The position numbers and the translations under genes are program-made. A stretch of 64,000 bases of DNA, taken from positions 3,808-67,807 of the forward strand of contig CAYXKF010000003.1 in the NCBI GenBank assembly GCA_964464735.1, given 5' to 3'. The stretch comes from an uncultured Candidatus Saccharibacteria bacterium (GTDB taxonomy: Bacteria > Patescibacteriota > Minisyncoccia > Phycocordibacterales > UBA1006). The notes under the pieces were generated by a model that was not told the DNA's origin, did not search any database, and was given only the letters and a program-made list of their open reading frames with translations. Shown in pieces: positions 45,425-55,070 of this stretch (the first letter of the stretch is position 1; the number at the start of each line of letters is the position of its first letter).

Positions 45425-48415
45425 ATGGCAACTTCGGCAAACTTTGAATCAGCATACAAGCAACTAAACGCTGCGCAAAAAAAGGTAGTCGACACGATCG
45501 ACGGTCCAGTTATGGTCATTGCGGGCCCTGGAACCGGTAAAACGCAAGTATTGGCAATTCGCATTGCAAACATTTTACAAAAAACCGACACTCCAGCCGG
45601 CGGTATTTTATGCCTTACGTTTACCAATTCGGGCGTTCGTGCAATGCAACAACGATTGCGTACTTACATTGGCAGCAGCGCGTCGCGCGTCGTCATAAAC
45701 ACATTTCATAGTTTTGGAATGAATCTGCTTGAGGAATTTTATACGTACTTGGATTTTGCAGCGCCACCGATTTTGATTGACGATATTCAGTCGGTCGCAT
45801 TGTGTGACGAAATTTTACACCAAGGCAACTGGAAACACATTCGCAGCCGCGCAAATCCAGCACTATACTTTAACGACATCAAATCGCTGGTGTCATTACT
45901 CAAGCGCGAACGTATAACACCCGACGCGTTTTTGATCGAAATTGTAAACGAGATACATCAAATCGAACAGAACCCAGACAATATTTCGAGCCGCGGCGCA
46001 ACCAAGGGGCAACTCAAACAAGATGCTCAAAAAAATATTGAATCGCTTGAGCGCACGAAGGAACTGGTAACATTTTACGAAACGTACGAAACACTAAAAA
46101 AGGAAAGGGGGTTGCTGGATTACGACGACGTGCTTGAAAGCATCGTGCGATTGGTCGAAACATCAGACGACGTGCGCGACACGATTCGCGAACGTTATTT
46201 ATACGTATTGGTCGACGAGCACCAAGATTCAAGCGGGGTGCAAAACGAATTTTTGGCGCGAGTATGGGGCGGCATCGAAAAGCCCAACGTTTTTGTGGTA
46301 GGGGACGACCGCCAGCTGATTTACGGATTCGGCGGTGCATCACTTTCGTACTTTGAAGGCTTTAAGACCATGTTTGGCGGCGTGCAATTATTTACACTGA
46401 CCGACAATTACCGATCGACCCAAAGCATTTTAGATTCGGCCGAAGAACTATTAAAAAGCTCGCTTGCCGACGCAAAACTTGCGGGAAAAAAGGGTGGCGA
46501 AAAAATTCAACTAGTCGAATGCGACTATCCTCGTGACGAAATTATTATGGCCGGTCTTGCGATTAAGCAAAAAATTGCCGCTGGCATCGATGCAAACGAC
46601 TGCGCAATACTGGTTCCCAAAAACGCGCAAGTAAAAAATGCCGTTCGCGTATTGCAAGACATGGGCCTTGAAGTTTCGGCAAACAACGGCACAAAATTAT
46701 TTGCACTTTCAGAAACGCAATCACTGTTGCAAGTGCTGCATGCAATAAACGACAGCGCAAACAGTACGTACTTGGTTGGAACGTTGCTTGACCCACTATC
46801 GGGCATCAATCCCATCGAAGCGCACGAATATCTTGCCGGCATACGGGCATCAACCATAACCCTTGCAAAACTAGGCGACGTAAAAGAAAAAAGTATTAGC
46901 GCGTGGGCCAAAAAGTTGCACACATGGGTAAGTTTGATGATGCAAACTGACGTATACGGGCTAATTCAGCGCATTGGTGACGAACTATTGCTGCAAACTG
47001 CTACTGATCATGAAGCATTAATCAAACGCGTCGAAATTGTGCGCACGATGCTGCATTTAGTACTTTCGAGCCAAGAGAAATCGGCCAGTAACCGCACATT
47101 AACGCTTAGTGAATTTTTAGCATTCATTGCACGGCTTGAATCGTATGCAAGCGACGTAAACTTGGCCGTATTTGCAGCCGACAAGGGCGTAAAAGTAATG
47201 ACCCTGCACGCATCAAAGGGCCTTGAATTTGATGTTGTATGGATCGCACACGCCGACGAACGCAGCCTTGCCGGCAAGCATGCATCCGCATTTACACTTC
47301 CACAATCGATCAAGACGCGCGTCGAGGAAAAAGACGAACTGACCACCAAGCGCCAATTGTATGTGGCCATTACGCGCGCAAAACGCTTTTGCAGTATTTC
47401 GTACGCACGCCACAACCATACCGGCGCCGACCAAACGCTTGCCTCGATAATTAGCGATTTGCCCACTGATACGTTTGAAACAAAAACCCTTTCGGATTCA
47501 GAAAGTATTATTAAAGAACACGACATTACCGCATACGTAACATCCAAACCAGCAGGCAAAAACGAAGACATGCTTGGCGAATTGGTTGAACTAGTAAAAG
47601 ACCAATACGTTAAGCGAAACGTATCGGTTTCGGCACTCAATAACTTTTTTGAATGCCCGTGGAAATGGTATTTTCGTAATATGCTGTGCCTGCCCGAGAT
47701 CGAAACACCAAGTTTGATATTTGGAAACATCGTCCATAGCGCAATCGAAGACATGCTAAAACACAACACTGTTCCTAGCATTGAAACATTGCGAAGCATC
47801 ATTAACGCACGCACAGAAAAAATTATTGGTATCAATGATGCCGCATTAGCCCAAATGGCAAACGAAGCATTAGATATTTTATCGCGCTGGAGCGAAACAC
47901 GTTTGGCTGACATTGCACCTGAACGTCAAAGCGAATTTCCGTTTTACAATTTTCACGACCCCGAATTTGAGCACCTAAAAATTACCGGCAAAATAGACTT
48001 GCTTGAAAAAATCGATGACGCAACCGCGCGCGTAACCGACTTTAAGACCGGAAAGGCGCGCACTAAAAATGAAATCGAGAAAATCGATGATGAAGGGCGC
48101 ATGTCGGATTACCTTCGCCAACTTGCGATGTATTCGTACCTGCTTTCGGGCAAAAGCAACGACACGATTTCGGTAAACGAATCACGCCTTGAATTTATCG
48201 AAGCAGAACCAGAAAGCAAAAATGCCTTATATGCGACGCACATCACCGACGAGCAAATTCAAATGCTTAAAGATGACATTCGCACGTTTGACCACATGCT
48301 TAAAGAGGGAACTTGGATTAACCGCCCATGCAACTTTAAACCGTACGGAAAGACGGATGCCGAATGTGACTATTGCCGGCTATCAAAAATATACACAAAA
48401 GAACACCGTAAATAG
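45425..48415 (+). CDS. UvrD-family helicase fused to C-terminal PD-(D/E)xK (RecB-like) nuclease domain (AddA-like)
   Basis: Walker A AGPGTGKTQVL and DEHQDSS motif II. The C-terminus has a nuclease motif (GKIDLLEKIDDATARVTDFKTGK ... QLAMYSYLL) and a Cys cluster (C..C.....C.YC). A TTGAAA-16-TACAAT promoter ends 6 nt before the ATG. Confidence 0.85.
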   Translation: MATSANFESAYKQLNAAQKKVVDTIDGPVMVIAGPGTGKTQVLAIRIANILQKTDTPAGGILCLTFTNSGVRAMQQRLRTYIGSSASRVVINTFHSFGMNLLEEFYTYLDFAAPPILIDDIQSVALCDEILHQGNWKHIRSRANPALYFNDIKSLVSLLKRERITPDAFLIEIVNEIHQIEQNPDNISSRGATKGQLKQDAQKNIESLERTKELVTFYETYETLKKERGLLDYDDVLESIVRLVETSDDVRDTIRERYLYVLVDEHQDSSGVQNEFLARVWGGIEKPNVFVVGDDRQLIYGFGGASLSYFEGFKTMFGGVQLFTLTDNYRSTQSILDSAEELLKSSLADAKLAGKKGGEKIQLVECDYPRDEIIMAGLAIKQKIAAGIDANDCAILVPKNAQVKNAVRVLQDMGLEVSANNGTKLFALSETQSLLQVLHAINDSANSTYLVGTLLDPLSGINPIEAHEYLAGIRASTITLAKLGDVKEKSISAWAKKLHTWVSLMMQTDVYGLIQRIGDELLLQTATDHEALIKRVEIVRTMLHLVLSSQEKSASNRTLTLSEFLAFIARLESYASDVNLAVFAADKGVKVMTLHASKGLEFDVVWIAHADERSLAGKHASAFTLPQSIKTRVEEKDELTTKRQLYVAITRAKRFCSISYARHNHTGADQTLASIISDLPTDTFETKTLSDSESIIKEHDITAYVTSKPAGKNEDMLGELVELVKDQYVKRNVSVSALNNFFECPWKWYFRNMLCLPEIETPSLIFGNIVHSAIEDMLKHNTVPSIETLRSIINARTEKIIGINDAALAQMANEALDILSRWSETRLADIAPERQSEFPFYNFHDPEFEHLKITGKIDLLEKIDDATARVTDFKTGKARTKNEIEKIDDEGRMSDYLRQLAMYSYLLSGKSNDTISVNESRLEFIEAEPESKNALYATHITDEQIQMLKDDIRTFDHMLKEGTWINRPCNFKPYGKTDAECDYCRLSKIYTKEHRK

Positions 48416-48453
48416 CCAAATCTCGCATACGTATTCATGGTATAGTACTAGTC

Positions 48454-50403
48454 ATGAAGCACGAACATGTGCACCAAAACCCTGATAAGGAATCTGCCGA
48501 TAATTATGCAAACGCACAGCATGCTCTTTTTACGAACATAAAAAACAAAATCGAGGGATACAAAGAGTCGAAGCCACTAAGCGGCACTGAACTGCAAATG
48601 TATATATTTGAACTTTGCAACGCAATCGGTAATAACGAACGTGAATGGACGATGCTATACAATACGATTATCACTATTGCTGACGAACATCCGGTCGAGG
48701 CTGGATACATGCTTGATGCAGTCGGACAAAACGGCCAGATGATTCCTAAAGGCGAGTATGCAAAAGGCATGGCGAAGCTTTTTGCTCGGCCCTGCTCACT
48801 AAACAGCAGCATATATACCCATGCAGTATCGGGCATGAATTACATCAATTCGTTCTACCCTGATTACGATAAAGCATGTGTTGAGCTTCTGGATTTTACC
48901 CATGAAGAGAAATTCGCTGAAACTGCAGGCATGCTGTTATTTTTAAATCGCCTTGCGTCATATTCAAAAGGGTGGAGTTTTTCAAAGCATACTACTAATC
49001 GCCTAGAAACAATGCTTGCCAACACTGTCGCTGACCAAAAAGAAAATTATCTGCTTGGATTATACGCAACGATGCTCCATGATCGCCTTGAGAGAAAAGA
49101 AAAAATACCGTTTAATGCTCCATTCATCCTATTACCAGACACGTACGCATATGTTTTTGACGATGGGCTTTATATCGCACGCCCCGAAGACAAAAAAGCA
49201 ATCGAGGAACTTGCGCAAAAAATAGCCACCCCACATAAAGATTTTGATGATATCCGTCAACAGCATTTTCAGGTGCGGCAAGATGCGCACCAGCTTGAGA
49301 AACTGCTTCACCACACAAAAGTCACACCCGAAGCATTTGGTCTAGGCAACAAGAAGGCTTTTGCAGACAGCACATACTTTAATTATCTAACAATTCTTCA
49401 GCAGCCAAAATTACGCGATGCACTTATGCATGATTTTCACGTCGAACTGCCCGACCTGACCCTTCCCGAACAACTGCAGTTGATAAACTATATTGCATCA
49501 GTTCCAAAATACGAAGTATCCTCGGTAGGTAAAAAACTTGATATTTATGGATTGCCGATGATGCGTTCGTTTTTATCGGTCATTCATGGCGGTAAGGCGG
49601 CTCGTAAATCAATTATGGCTATTACCGATAATTTTTCTGAACCTGATGCAAAAATTCTATTCGAAAAGTACTCTTCGCTTGTATCAATAGCACAAGACAT
49701 CGCAGTTGAGGTGCAAAAAATTATTCCCAATCACGCCAGTATAGATAGCGCAAAGGTGCAAGACGCATTACTGGTTCGCGGAAAAGATCTTATCTTAAAA
49801 GCAGTGGAAACTTTGGATAAGTCAGCGCTTGAGGCACGTCTTGATCGATTTAAAGAAGAATTGATCCTAGCAAGTGAGGTGTATAAAAACCTTGCAGCGG
49901 CTGGCACAAAAATACACCCCGAAGATATCAAAGGAATGACCATTAACATTCTCGGCAAGGACGAGCGCCTAAATGTATCAAGCACCTTGTGGGCAATCAA
50001 TAAGATGAACCGACCATTTATCGAAGAGAGGGACGAGATTGCTTTGCGCGAGATACGATTTGAAAAAACACTGAACGATGAAAACACCGTATGGTACGCC
50101 CTTAAACACAACAGCCAAATAACCGCATTTTGCAGTTTTGAGCCCCAAGCCGATGGCACCTTATTAGTTGAGTCATTAAATGTCGAAACCGAGATCAAGG
50201 GAAACAAACTGGGAGGAGATTTTTTCAAGACCATCATTGAAAAATTAGGACGGGAAAAGACGATTATCGGCTATGTTCATTTTAAAAACCGCACCACCAT
50301 TCCATTTTACGAATCCCTAGGCTTTATTTCAGAACCTATCACCAAAGACGGTAAGCCAGTATATAAAATCACACGGATTACTGATTCTCAGAAACATTCA
50401 TAG
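48454..50403 (+). CDS. hypothetical protein (649 aa) with C-terminal GNAT-like acetyltransferase fold
   Basis: The C-terminal 130 aa (ITAFCSFEPQADGTLLVESLNV...GNKLGGDFFKTIIEKL...FYESLGF) has the GNAT beta-strand and FYxxxGF pattern. The N-terminal 500 aa is unrecognised. Lies 38 nt downstream of the helicase-nuclease. Confidence 0.6.
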   Translation: MKHEHVHQNPDKESADNYANAQHALFTNIKNKIEGYKESKPLSGTELQMYIFELCNAIGNNEREWTMLYNTIITIADEHPVEAGYMLDAVGQNGQMIPKGEYAKGMAKLFARPCSLNSSIYTHAVSGMNYINSFYPDYDKACVELLDFTHEEKFAETAGMLLFLNRLASYSKGWSFSKHTTNRLETMLANTVADQKENYLLGLYATMLHDRLERKEKIPFNAPFILLPDTYAYVFDDGLYIARPEDKKAIEELAQKIATPHKDFDDIRQQHFQVRQDAHQLEKLLHHTKVTPEAFGLGNKKAFADSTYFNYLTILQQPKLRDALMHDFHVELPDLTLPEQLQLINYIASVPKYEVSSVGKKLDIYGLPMMRSFLSVIHGGKAARKSIMAITDNFSEPDAKILFEKYSSLVSIAQDIAVEVQKIIPNHASIDSAKVQDALLVRGKDLILKAVETLDKSALEARLDRFKEELILASEVYKNLAAAGTKIHPEDIKGMTINILGKDERLNVSSTLWAINKMNRPFIEERDEIALREIRFEKTLNDENTVWYALKHNSQITAFCSFEPQADGTLLVESLNVETEIKGNKLGGDFFKTIIEKLGREKTIIGYVHFKNRTTIPFYESLGFISEPITKDGKPVYKITRITDSQKHS

Positions 50404-51151
50404 CATTGCTCCACAGGGCTTCAAAAATTATGCGATGCGTTTCATAAAGCAATGCGTCTTCAACAATGAACGCAATCGAGCGATCATCAAGGGTAAAGTA
50501 GCTGATCTTGTTGTCATAGATCTGAATCACAGTACCGAAATCATTTTCCGCCTTAATGACACGTCGTACAGTAAAATCAGGGTCATCATGTTGGGCCAAA
50601 TTGCGAATATACGGCGTGTCGCGCGAAATGATACGCCGCTTGATACCTGACTTTTTTCGCTTAAGTACTTGCGTCTGATTAAGCTCGTGATACTTTGCAT
50701 TCATGCGTTCATTGTCGGCGATCGTAAGAATTTCAGTAGCCGACGTTAAGCAATCTTCCATTGCCTTTCTGACACCAGCCTCGCCTTCGTAAAATTGCAC
50801 GTTAGGCTTGCCGGCAATCAGATTGTATTTCGAAGCAAAACTTCCCAACGCAAAGGTAAGCGTTTCTTTTGCCAGCGCAACTTCTTTTTCTTTGCGTTCA
50901 ATCAAGTCAATAAGCGCATGAGGATGGGATGGAAAAAACGTTGCCACCGTACCCTTTGCGCCTTTTTTCTGCACCAGTCCCATCGCCTCAAGTTGTTCAA
51001 GTACTTTATAGGTCAACCCGCGCTTTATGCCAACCCATTGCGACAGGGCACTGGCCCGCTGAGGTCCCCTATCTAAAAGTGCTTGGTATATAAGGGCTTG
51101 TTCTTGTGACAACCCTGCTTGGATTAATAGGTTTTCATCGTTTTTCTGCAT
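50378..51151 (-). CDS. TrmB-family transcriptional regulator
   Basis: N-terminal HTH (GLSQEQALIYQALLDRGPQRASALSQWVGIKRGLTYKVLEQLEAMGLV) and a C-terminal TrmB-type effector domain. A TTGTAT-17-TATGAT promoter ends 6 nt before the ATG. Confidence 0.8.
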   Translation of the reverse strand: MQKNDENLLIQAGLSQEQALIYQALLDRGPQRASALSQWVGIKRGLTYKVLEQLEAMGLVQKKGAKGTVATFFPSHPHALIDLIERKEKEVALAKETLTFALGSFASKYNLIAGKPNVQFYEGEAGVRKAMEDCLTSATEILTIADNERMNAKYHELNQTQVLKRKKSGIKRRIISRDTPYIRNLAQHDDPDFTVRRVIKAENDFGTVIQIYDNKISYFTLDDRSIAFIVEDALLYETHRIIFEALWSNAMNVSENQ

Positions 51152-51157
51152 AAAATT

Positions 51158-51186
51158 ATCATAGCATTTTCTTCTTTGTTATACAA
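51158..51186 (-). promoter_or_regulatory. promoter TTGTAT-17-TATGAT of the trmB-like regulator, leaderless
   Basis: The -10 ends 6 nt before the ATG at 51151. Divergent from the 51264 promoter. Confidence 0.55.
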
Positions 51187-51263
51187 CTATGACAATATCT
51201 GTATATAAAAACACTTATACAATAATGTTTCTTGGTACTTATTAGATTTTTGGTCATAGGTTA

Positions 51264-51292
51264 TTGACAATCGGTAAAATAGATGCTATACT
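51264..51292 (+). promoter_or_regulatory. near-consensus sigma70 promoter TTGACA-17-TATACT
   Basis: TTGACAatcggtaaaatagatgcTATACT. The nearest downstream annotated start (51953) is 660 nt away, and a strong terminator hairpin sits at 51576-51616. Confidence 0.6.
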
Positions 51293-51575
51293 ACACTCAA
51301 GCTAAGATTTATAAAAATACTGCACGCGAAGGAACCGAAAGGAGATTGGCGGCAATCATGTGCGCCAGTGCATGCAGTTGGTCATTGAAAATCAATAGTC
51401 GCATAGATCAGAAAGTATTTGTGATCTCTGCAACCCCTATAAGCAAAGCTTGTAGGGAAAAATAAACCTATCGGTTGGTGTATGAGTTCCTTCAGGATGG
51501 CCTGAACCAAGGAGTAAGGACCATGCCAAGCCATAAACGGCTTTCAAGGGAATATGCCTCCGATAGGCCAAAATC

Positions 51576-51616
51576 GTGGCAACGCAAAAAATCGCGTTGC
51601 CACTCTTATTCGAATT
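51576..51616 (+). terminator. intrinsic terminator-like hairpin (10-bp perfect stem GTGGCAACGC/GCGTTGCCAC) followed by a U-rich tract
   Basis: Stem at 51576-51585 and 51594-51603 with loop aaaaaatc, followed by tcttattcgaatt. Lies about 310 nt downstream of the 51264 promoter. Confidence 0.6.
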
Positions 51617-51952
51617 ACAAACGAAAGTTTGCAGTTCGATAGGAGATTTCTATACCTAAAAAGAAATTAGAATAAACCCACGGGGATGGAGTCCGAGTGG
51701 AATTTGGCAGGGTTTTAAGAAACCCTTGCTATTGTGGTAGTGCGCAACCACACGATTGTCGGGGTCGTTAAACCGCTCTATGTTTGTAAACAGAAAAATT
51801 ACATGGTTTTGCCGAAAGCAAGCGGATGACGCAGCTTAAGGACGCTATACGTAGCGGAAATCACGAAATACCCGCTGGTGGGTAAAGTAGAGGCTATCCA
51901 ATTCAGACGGTTTGTTAGTTTTCCGTAAAAACTAATATTTTTTCTTTCACCA

Positions 51953-52945
51953 ATGCACGGTTTGCTTCCGTGGGTAAAGAAGAGCGAAAAAATGGAAGAA
52001 GTTAAAGAAGTTTACGAAGTACCCTACAAGTCTGAAGGATACTGCTCAAACAACGGCAACGTGAGCAACAGGAGCTCACGAAGTTACATTCCTATTGCCC
52101 GAATGGGTAATGGGGACAGGTGGTTCATGCCTCTAGAAGAGGCGTGTAGCTATTCAGGCGCAAACGGCTGGAACCGAAAAAACTTCGGTGAACCGGCAAA
52201 GTTTATTCCTCAAATAAAAGTTGTTGAGGAAAAAATATACGGCACGTGCGGTGCCGATTATAAAACTTCGGGAGTAAGAAAAGCGCAAGAACAAGCGCTT
52301 TTTACCCAATCTAACCAAGAGCAGTTTTGGGGGAGCACAAAAACTTGGCTCAGGTGGACAGGAGAGCCGTTGTCAAATGAAATTGCAGAAATGTTCGACG
52401 GGCTTTACACCCCCGCAACGGGTGGAAACCCCGTTCACGAAATACAATTAGGGTGTTCCGAATGGGACACCAATTCATGGTCTACAGGGTGGACGTGTTC
52501 TGCCCTTAAGTGTTTTTGCCAAGAGAAGAATTGGACCGAGTGGAGCATGTCCACATGGTTCAAGGTATTCGAATTGGCCCACAAAGCCAATTTCGGCGAG
52601 TTCCTAAAGACCAAAATTGTTGCAAGCGAAAGCTATCGCAACAGTTTGGGGCAAAATCGTCCGACCACGTACTGGTCACACGATGAAAAGTTTTGGGCAA
52701 TCTGGTCGCATTGCGACCACGATCCAGATACTTTTAAAAAGTTCTGGAAAAATAGGCCGACAAACTCGGCCTTGGCTCAAATCTACACTGCCGCCGTAGC
52801 CAAGCATGGCTATAAAGCGGTAAAAAATGCGCTACTGAAGCGCAAAAAATTGAAAGAAATACTGAACCTGCCATCTGCATGGATGGCAGTTATACACAAA
52901 CAAGCGGAATTTATTCCTCTTGAAATGATAGGCATTGCTGCCTAA
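51953..52945 (+). CDS. Trp-rich, Cys-containing hypothetical protein (330 aa)
   Basis: About 18 Trp and about 10 Cys with no signal peptide and no recognisable domain. Preceded by about 660 nt of structured non-coding sequence and followed by a strong hairpin terminator. Confidence 0.55.
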   Translation: MHGLLPWVKKSEKMEEVKEVYEVPYKSEGYCSNNGNVSNRSSRSYIPIARMGNGDRWFMPLEEACSYSGANGWNRKNFGEPAKFIPQIKVVEEKIYGTCGADYKTSGVRKAQEQALFTQSNQEQFWGSTKTWLRWTGEPLSNEIAEMFDGLYTPATGGNPVHEIQLGCSEWDTNSWSTGWTCSALKCFCQEKNWTEWSMSTWFKVFELAHKANFGEFLKTKIVASESYRNSLGQNRPTTYWSHDEKFWAIWSHCDHDPDTFKKFWKNRPTNSALAQIYTAAVAKHGYKAVKNALLKRKKLKEILNLPSAWMAVIHKQAEFIPLEMIGIAA

Positions 52946-53172
52946 TCATAAACCAGCCTTTTGATGGCAAGAGGGGACAACTGGTGATTGCCATTACTGC
53001 ATGAATTTTAGGCAGTAACTACAACCAAATAAAAAAACAACGGAGGAGCTCAAAGAGTTCCTCCACTTTATTCGGTTTATCATTGGCCTGCCATGAGCAA
53101 AGTCGAATGGTAAATCGATAGGGAACGCTGAAAACCTAGAAACGAGTAAGCAAAAAATTAAATAAAAAAAGG

Positions 53173-53655
53173 ATGGCTAAGAATTATCCTGTAAAAATTG
53201 CCCGCGTAGGCAATGAACTCTGGGTACAATACGAGGTACTTGGAGAAAATCTGCCCGGTAAGGCGGATTTTCATTATCTTTTTATCACAGAAGGAGGCAA
53301 CAATCCTTCGTGGAAAAAAGTCCGCGATGCCGACGCGGAAGATCGGAAAAGGATTAAAAACTTGCATTTCATCGAAGGTGAAATGCCCAGAGAGGCACTG
53401 GTGTCTTTTTGGAAGGAAGGAATGGACAGATTTGTCTCTCAAAGAGACGAGCATTGTCCAAAGACTCACCAGTTTTTGGGTGAGTTAAGTTACGACTCTC
53501 TTAAAGACAAATTCGTCGTAGAAGTCTACGGCGAAACATGGTTCGGCTACCCCGGAGCAACGGGCGCCGAATATTACGAAGATCACCAAACTCGTAAAGA
53601 AGAGTTTGATGATCTGCCAGACGTGCTGTTGCACGGTCGGTGGGACTGGCGATAA
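53173..53655 (+). CDS. hypothetical protein (160 aa)
   Basis: Clean ORF with an AAAGGA-like Shine-Dalgarno immediately upstream. No homology recognised. Followed by about 430 nt of non-coding sequence. Confidence 0.5.
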   Translation: MAKNYPVKIARVGNELWVQYEVLGENLPGKADFHYLFITEGGNNPSWKKVRDADAEDRKRIKNLHFIEGEMPREALVSFWKEGMDRFVSQRDEHCPKTHQFLGELSYDSLKDKFVVEVYGETWFGYPGATGAEYYEDHQTRKEEFDDLPDVLLHGRWDWR

Positions 53656-54091
53656 TAAATCCTATCCTTGGGATATCAAGGTTGCCAAAGTCGGTAATGG
53701 GACTGCGGCTTAAAAATACAAGGAAGTTCGCGTAGGCGAATGAGCTGTCATTACATGCAGAGAAGAAACTTCTCGGGTTATCTTCTGCATCAACAACGAA
53801 GGACTTGCTGTCCCGAGACACGTCATAATCCAGGCAAGCTGTTGTCTTATAGCTTCGACGACCTGGTACGTACTGCGGTTATATCGGCTTAGCATGAAAA
53901 TGCTAACAACCGGTACAGGCACAGAGAAAAGTGAAGAAAAAATTGAATATTGTGAGTAAATGACTTTGTGCCAAGGTAAAATAACCTTGGCCTCTGTTCT
54001 TTCAGTATCACGCTGTGATAAAGAAAGTGATCAGAGAATTACACAATACGGCACCTACAAAAAACAAAAGCGCACTGATATACTTATGTTT

Positions 54092-54481
54092 ATGGAACTA
54101 TCCGATAAGCAATGGAAAGAAAGACTGACCGATGAACAATATCGCGTGCTTCGCGAAAAGGGAACCGAAGCGCCTTTTAAGGGCGAATATGTCGATTTTA
54201 ACGAAAAGGGGGACTACGTATGTGCCGGCTGCGGTAACATATTATTTACATCCGACCATAAATTCGATTCACATTGCGGGTGGCCAAGTTTTGACGACAT
54301 TGCAAATAACGATGCGATCATGACCGCGCAAGACATGTCGCATAACATGAACCGCACCGAAGTTATTTGTAAGCAATGCGGCGGGCACTTGGGCCATGTT
54401 TTTCCGGACGGACCAAAAGAAACAACCGGCATAAGGTATTGCATCAATTCGGTCGCATTAAACTTTAAGAAAAAAGAATAA
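54092..54481 (+). CDS. msrB: peptide-methionine (R)-S-oxide reductase MsrB
   Basis: CxxC...CGWPSF...HLGHVF SelR signature. The start was set to MELSDKQW (54092), 7 nt after a -10 TATACT. The upstream part of track ORF 53960 is not MsrB-like. Confidence 0.9.
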   Translation: MELSDKQWKERLTDEQYRVLREKGTEAPFKGEYVDFNEKGDYVCAGCGNILFTSDHKFDSHCGWPSFDDIANNDAIMTAQDMSHNMNRTEVICKQCGGHLGHVFPDGPKETTGIRYCINSVALNFKKKE

Positions 54482-54482
54482 T

Positions 54483-54998
54483 ATGCAAAAGACGATCATA
54501 TTTGGTGGCGGATGTTTTTGGTGTACCGAAGCATTATTTCAGCGCGTAACAGGAGTAACAAAAGTTGTGTCAGGATATGCCGGAGGACATGACAATAACC
54601 CTAACTACCAATCAGTTTGTGGTGGAACAACCGGCCATGCCGAAGTGATCGAAGTAACGTATGATCCGGCAATTATTTCGCTAAGCGATTTATGTGCAAT
54701 CTTTTTTGCGACCCACAACCCAACCACTAAAGACCAACAAGGTGCCGACAAGGGTTCGCAGTACCGATCAATTATTTTGTATACCGACGACGCCGAAAAA
54801 CCGGTTATCGAAGAGGCGATTAACGGCGCGCAAAAAGATCAAAAGAATCCAATCTTAACCGAAGTAGCAAAACTAGAGAAATTTTATCCAGCCGAAGATT
54901 ATCATCAAAATTATTACAACAACAACCCCGACCAGCCGTATTGCGCTGTCCTTATTGCGCCAAAATTAGAGAAATTTCTTAAGTCTAAAAATATATAG
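54483..54998 (+). CDS. msrA: peptide-methionine (S)-S-oxide reductase MsrA
   Basis: The GGGCFWC active-site motif at the N-terminus is the PMSR family signature. The start is 1 nt after the msrB stop. Confidence 0.92.
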   Translation: MQKTIIFGGGCFWCTEALFQRVTGVTKVVSGYAGGHDNNPNYQSVCGGTTGHAEVIEVTYDPAIISLSDLCAIFFATHNPTTKDQQGADKGSQYRSIILYTDDAEKPVIEEAINGAQKDQKNPILTEVAKLEKFYPAEDYHQNYYNNNPDQPYCAVLIAPKLEKFLKSKNI

Positions 54999-55070
54999 TA
55001 CTATTTGACATTTCGACTAATTTTGGGATCATGCTTATAAGCACCTTTGCCCAAAACTTAAATCCAGCTT

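Noticed and set aside
51283-51465. 60-aa ORF beginning inside the -10 hexamer of the 51264 promoter
   Set aside because: Its start would lie upstream of the predicted transcription start site. Only the internal 35-codon ORF after the AGGAGA motif is plausible, and it is mentioned under the finding.
53960-54091. N-terminal 44 codons of track ORF 53960..54481 (MTLCQGKITLASV...)
   Set aside because: MsrB homology begins at MELSDKQW (54092). That ATG is 7 nt after a TATACT -10. The upstream part has no MsrB counterpart.
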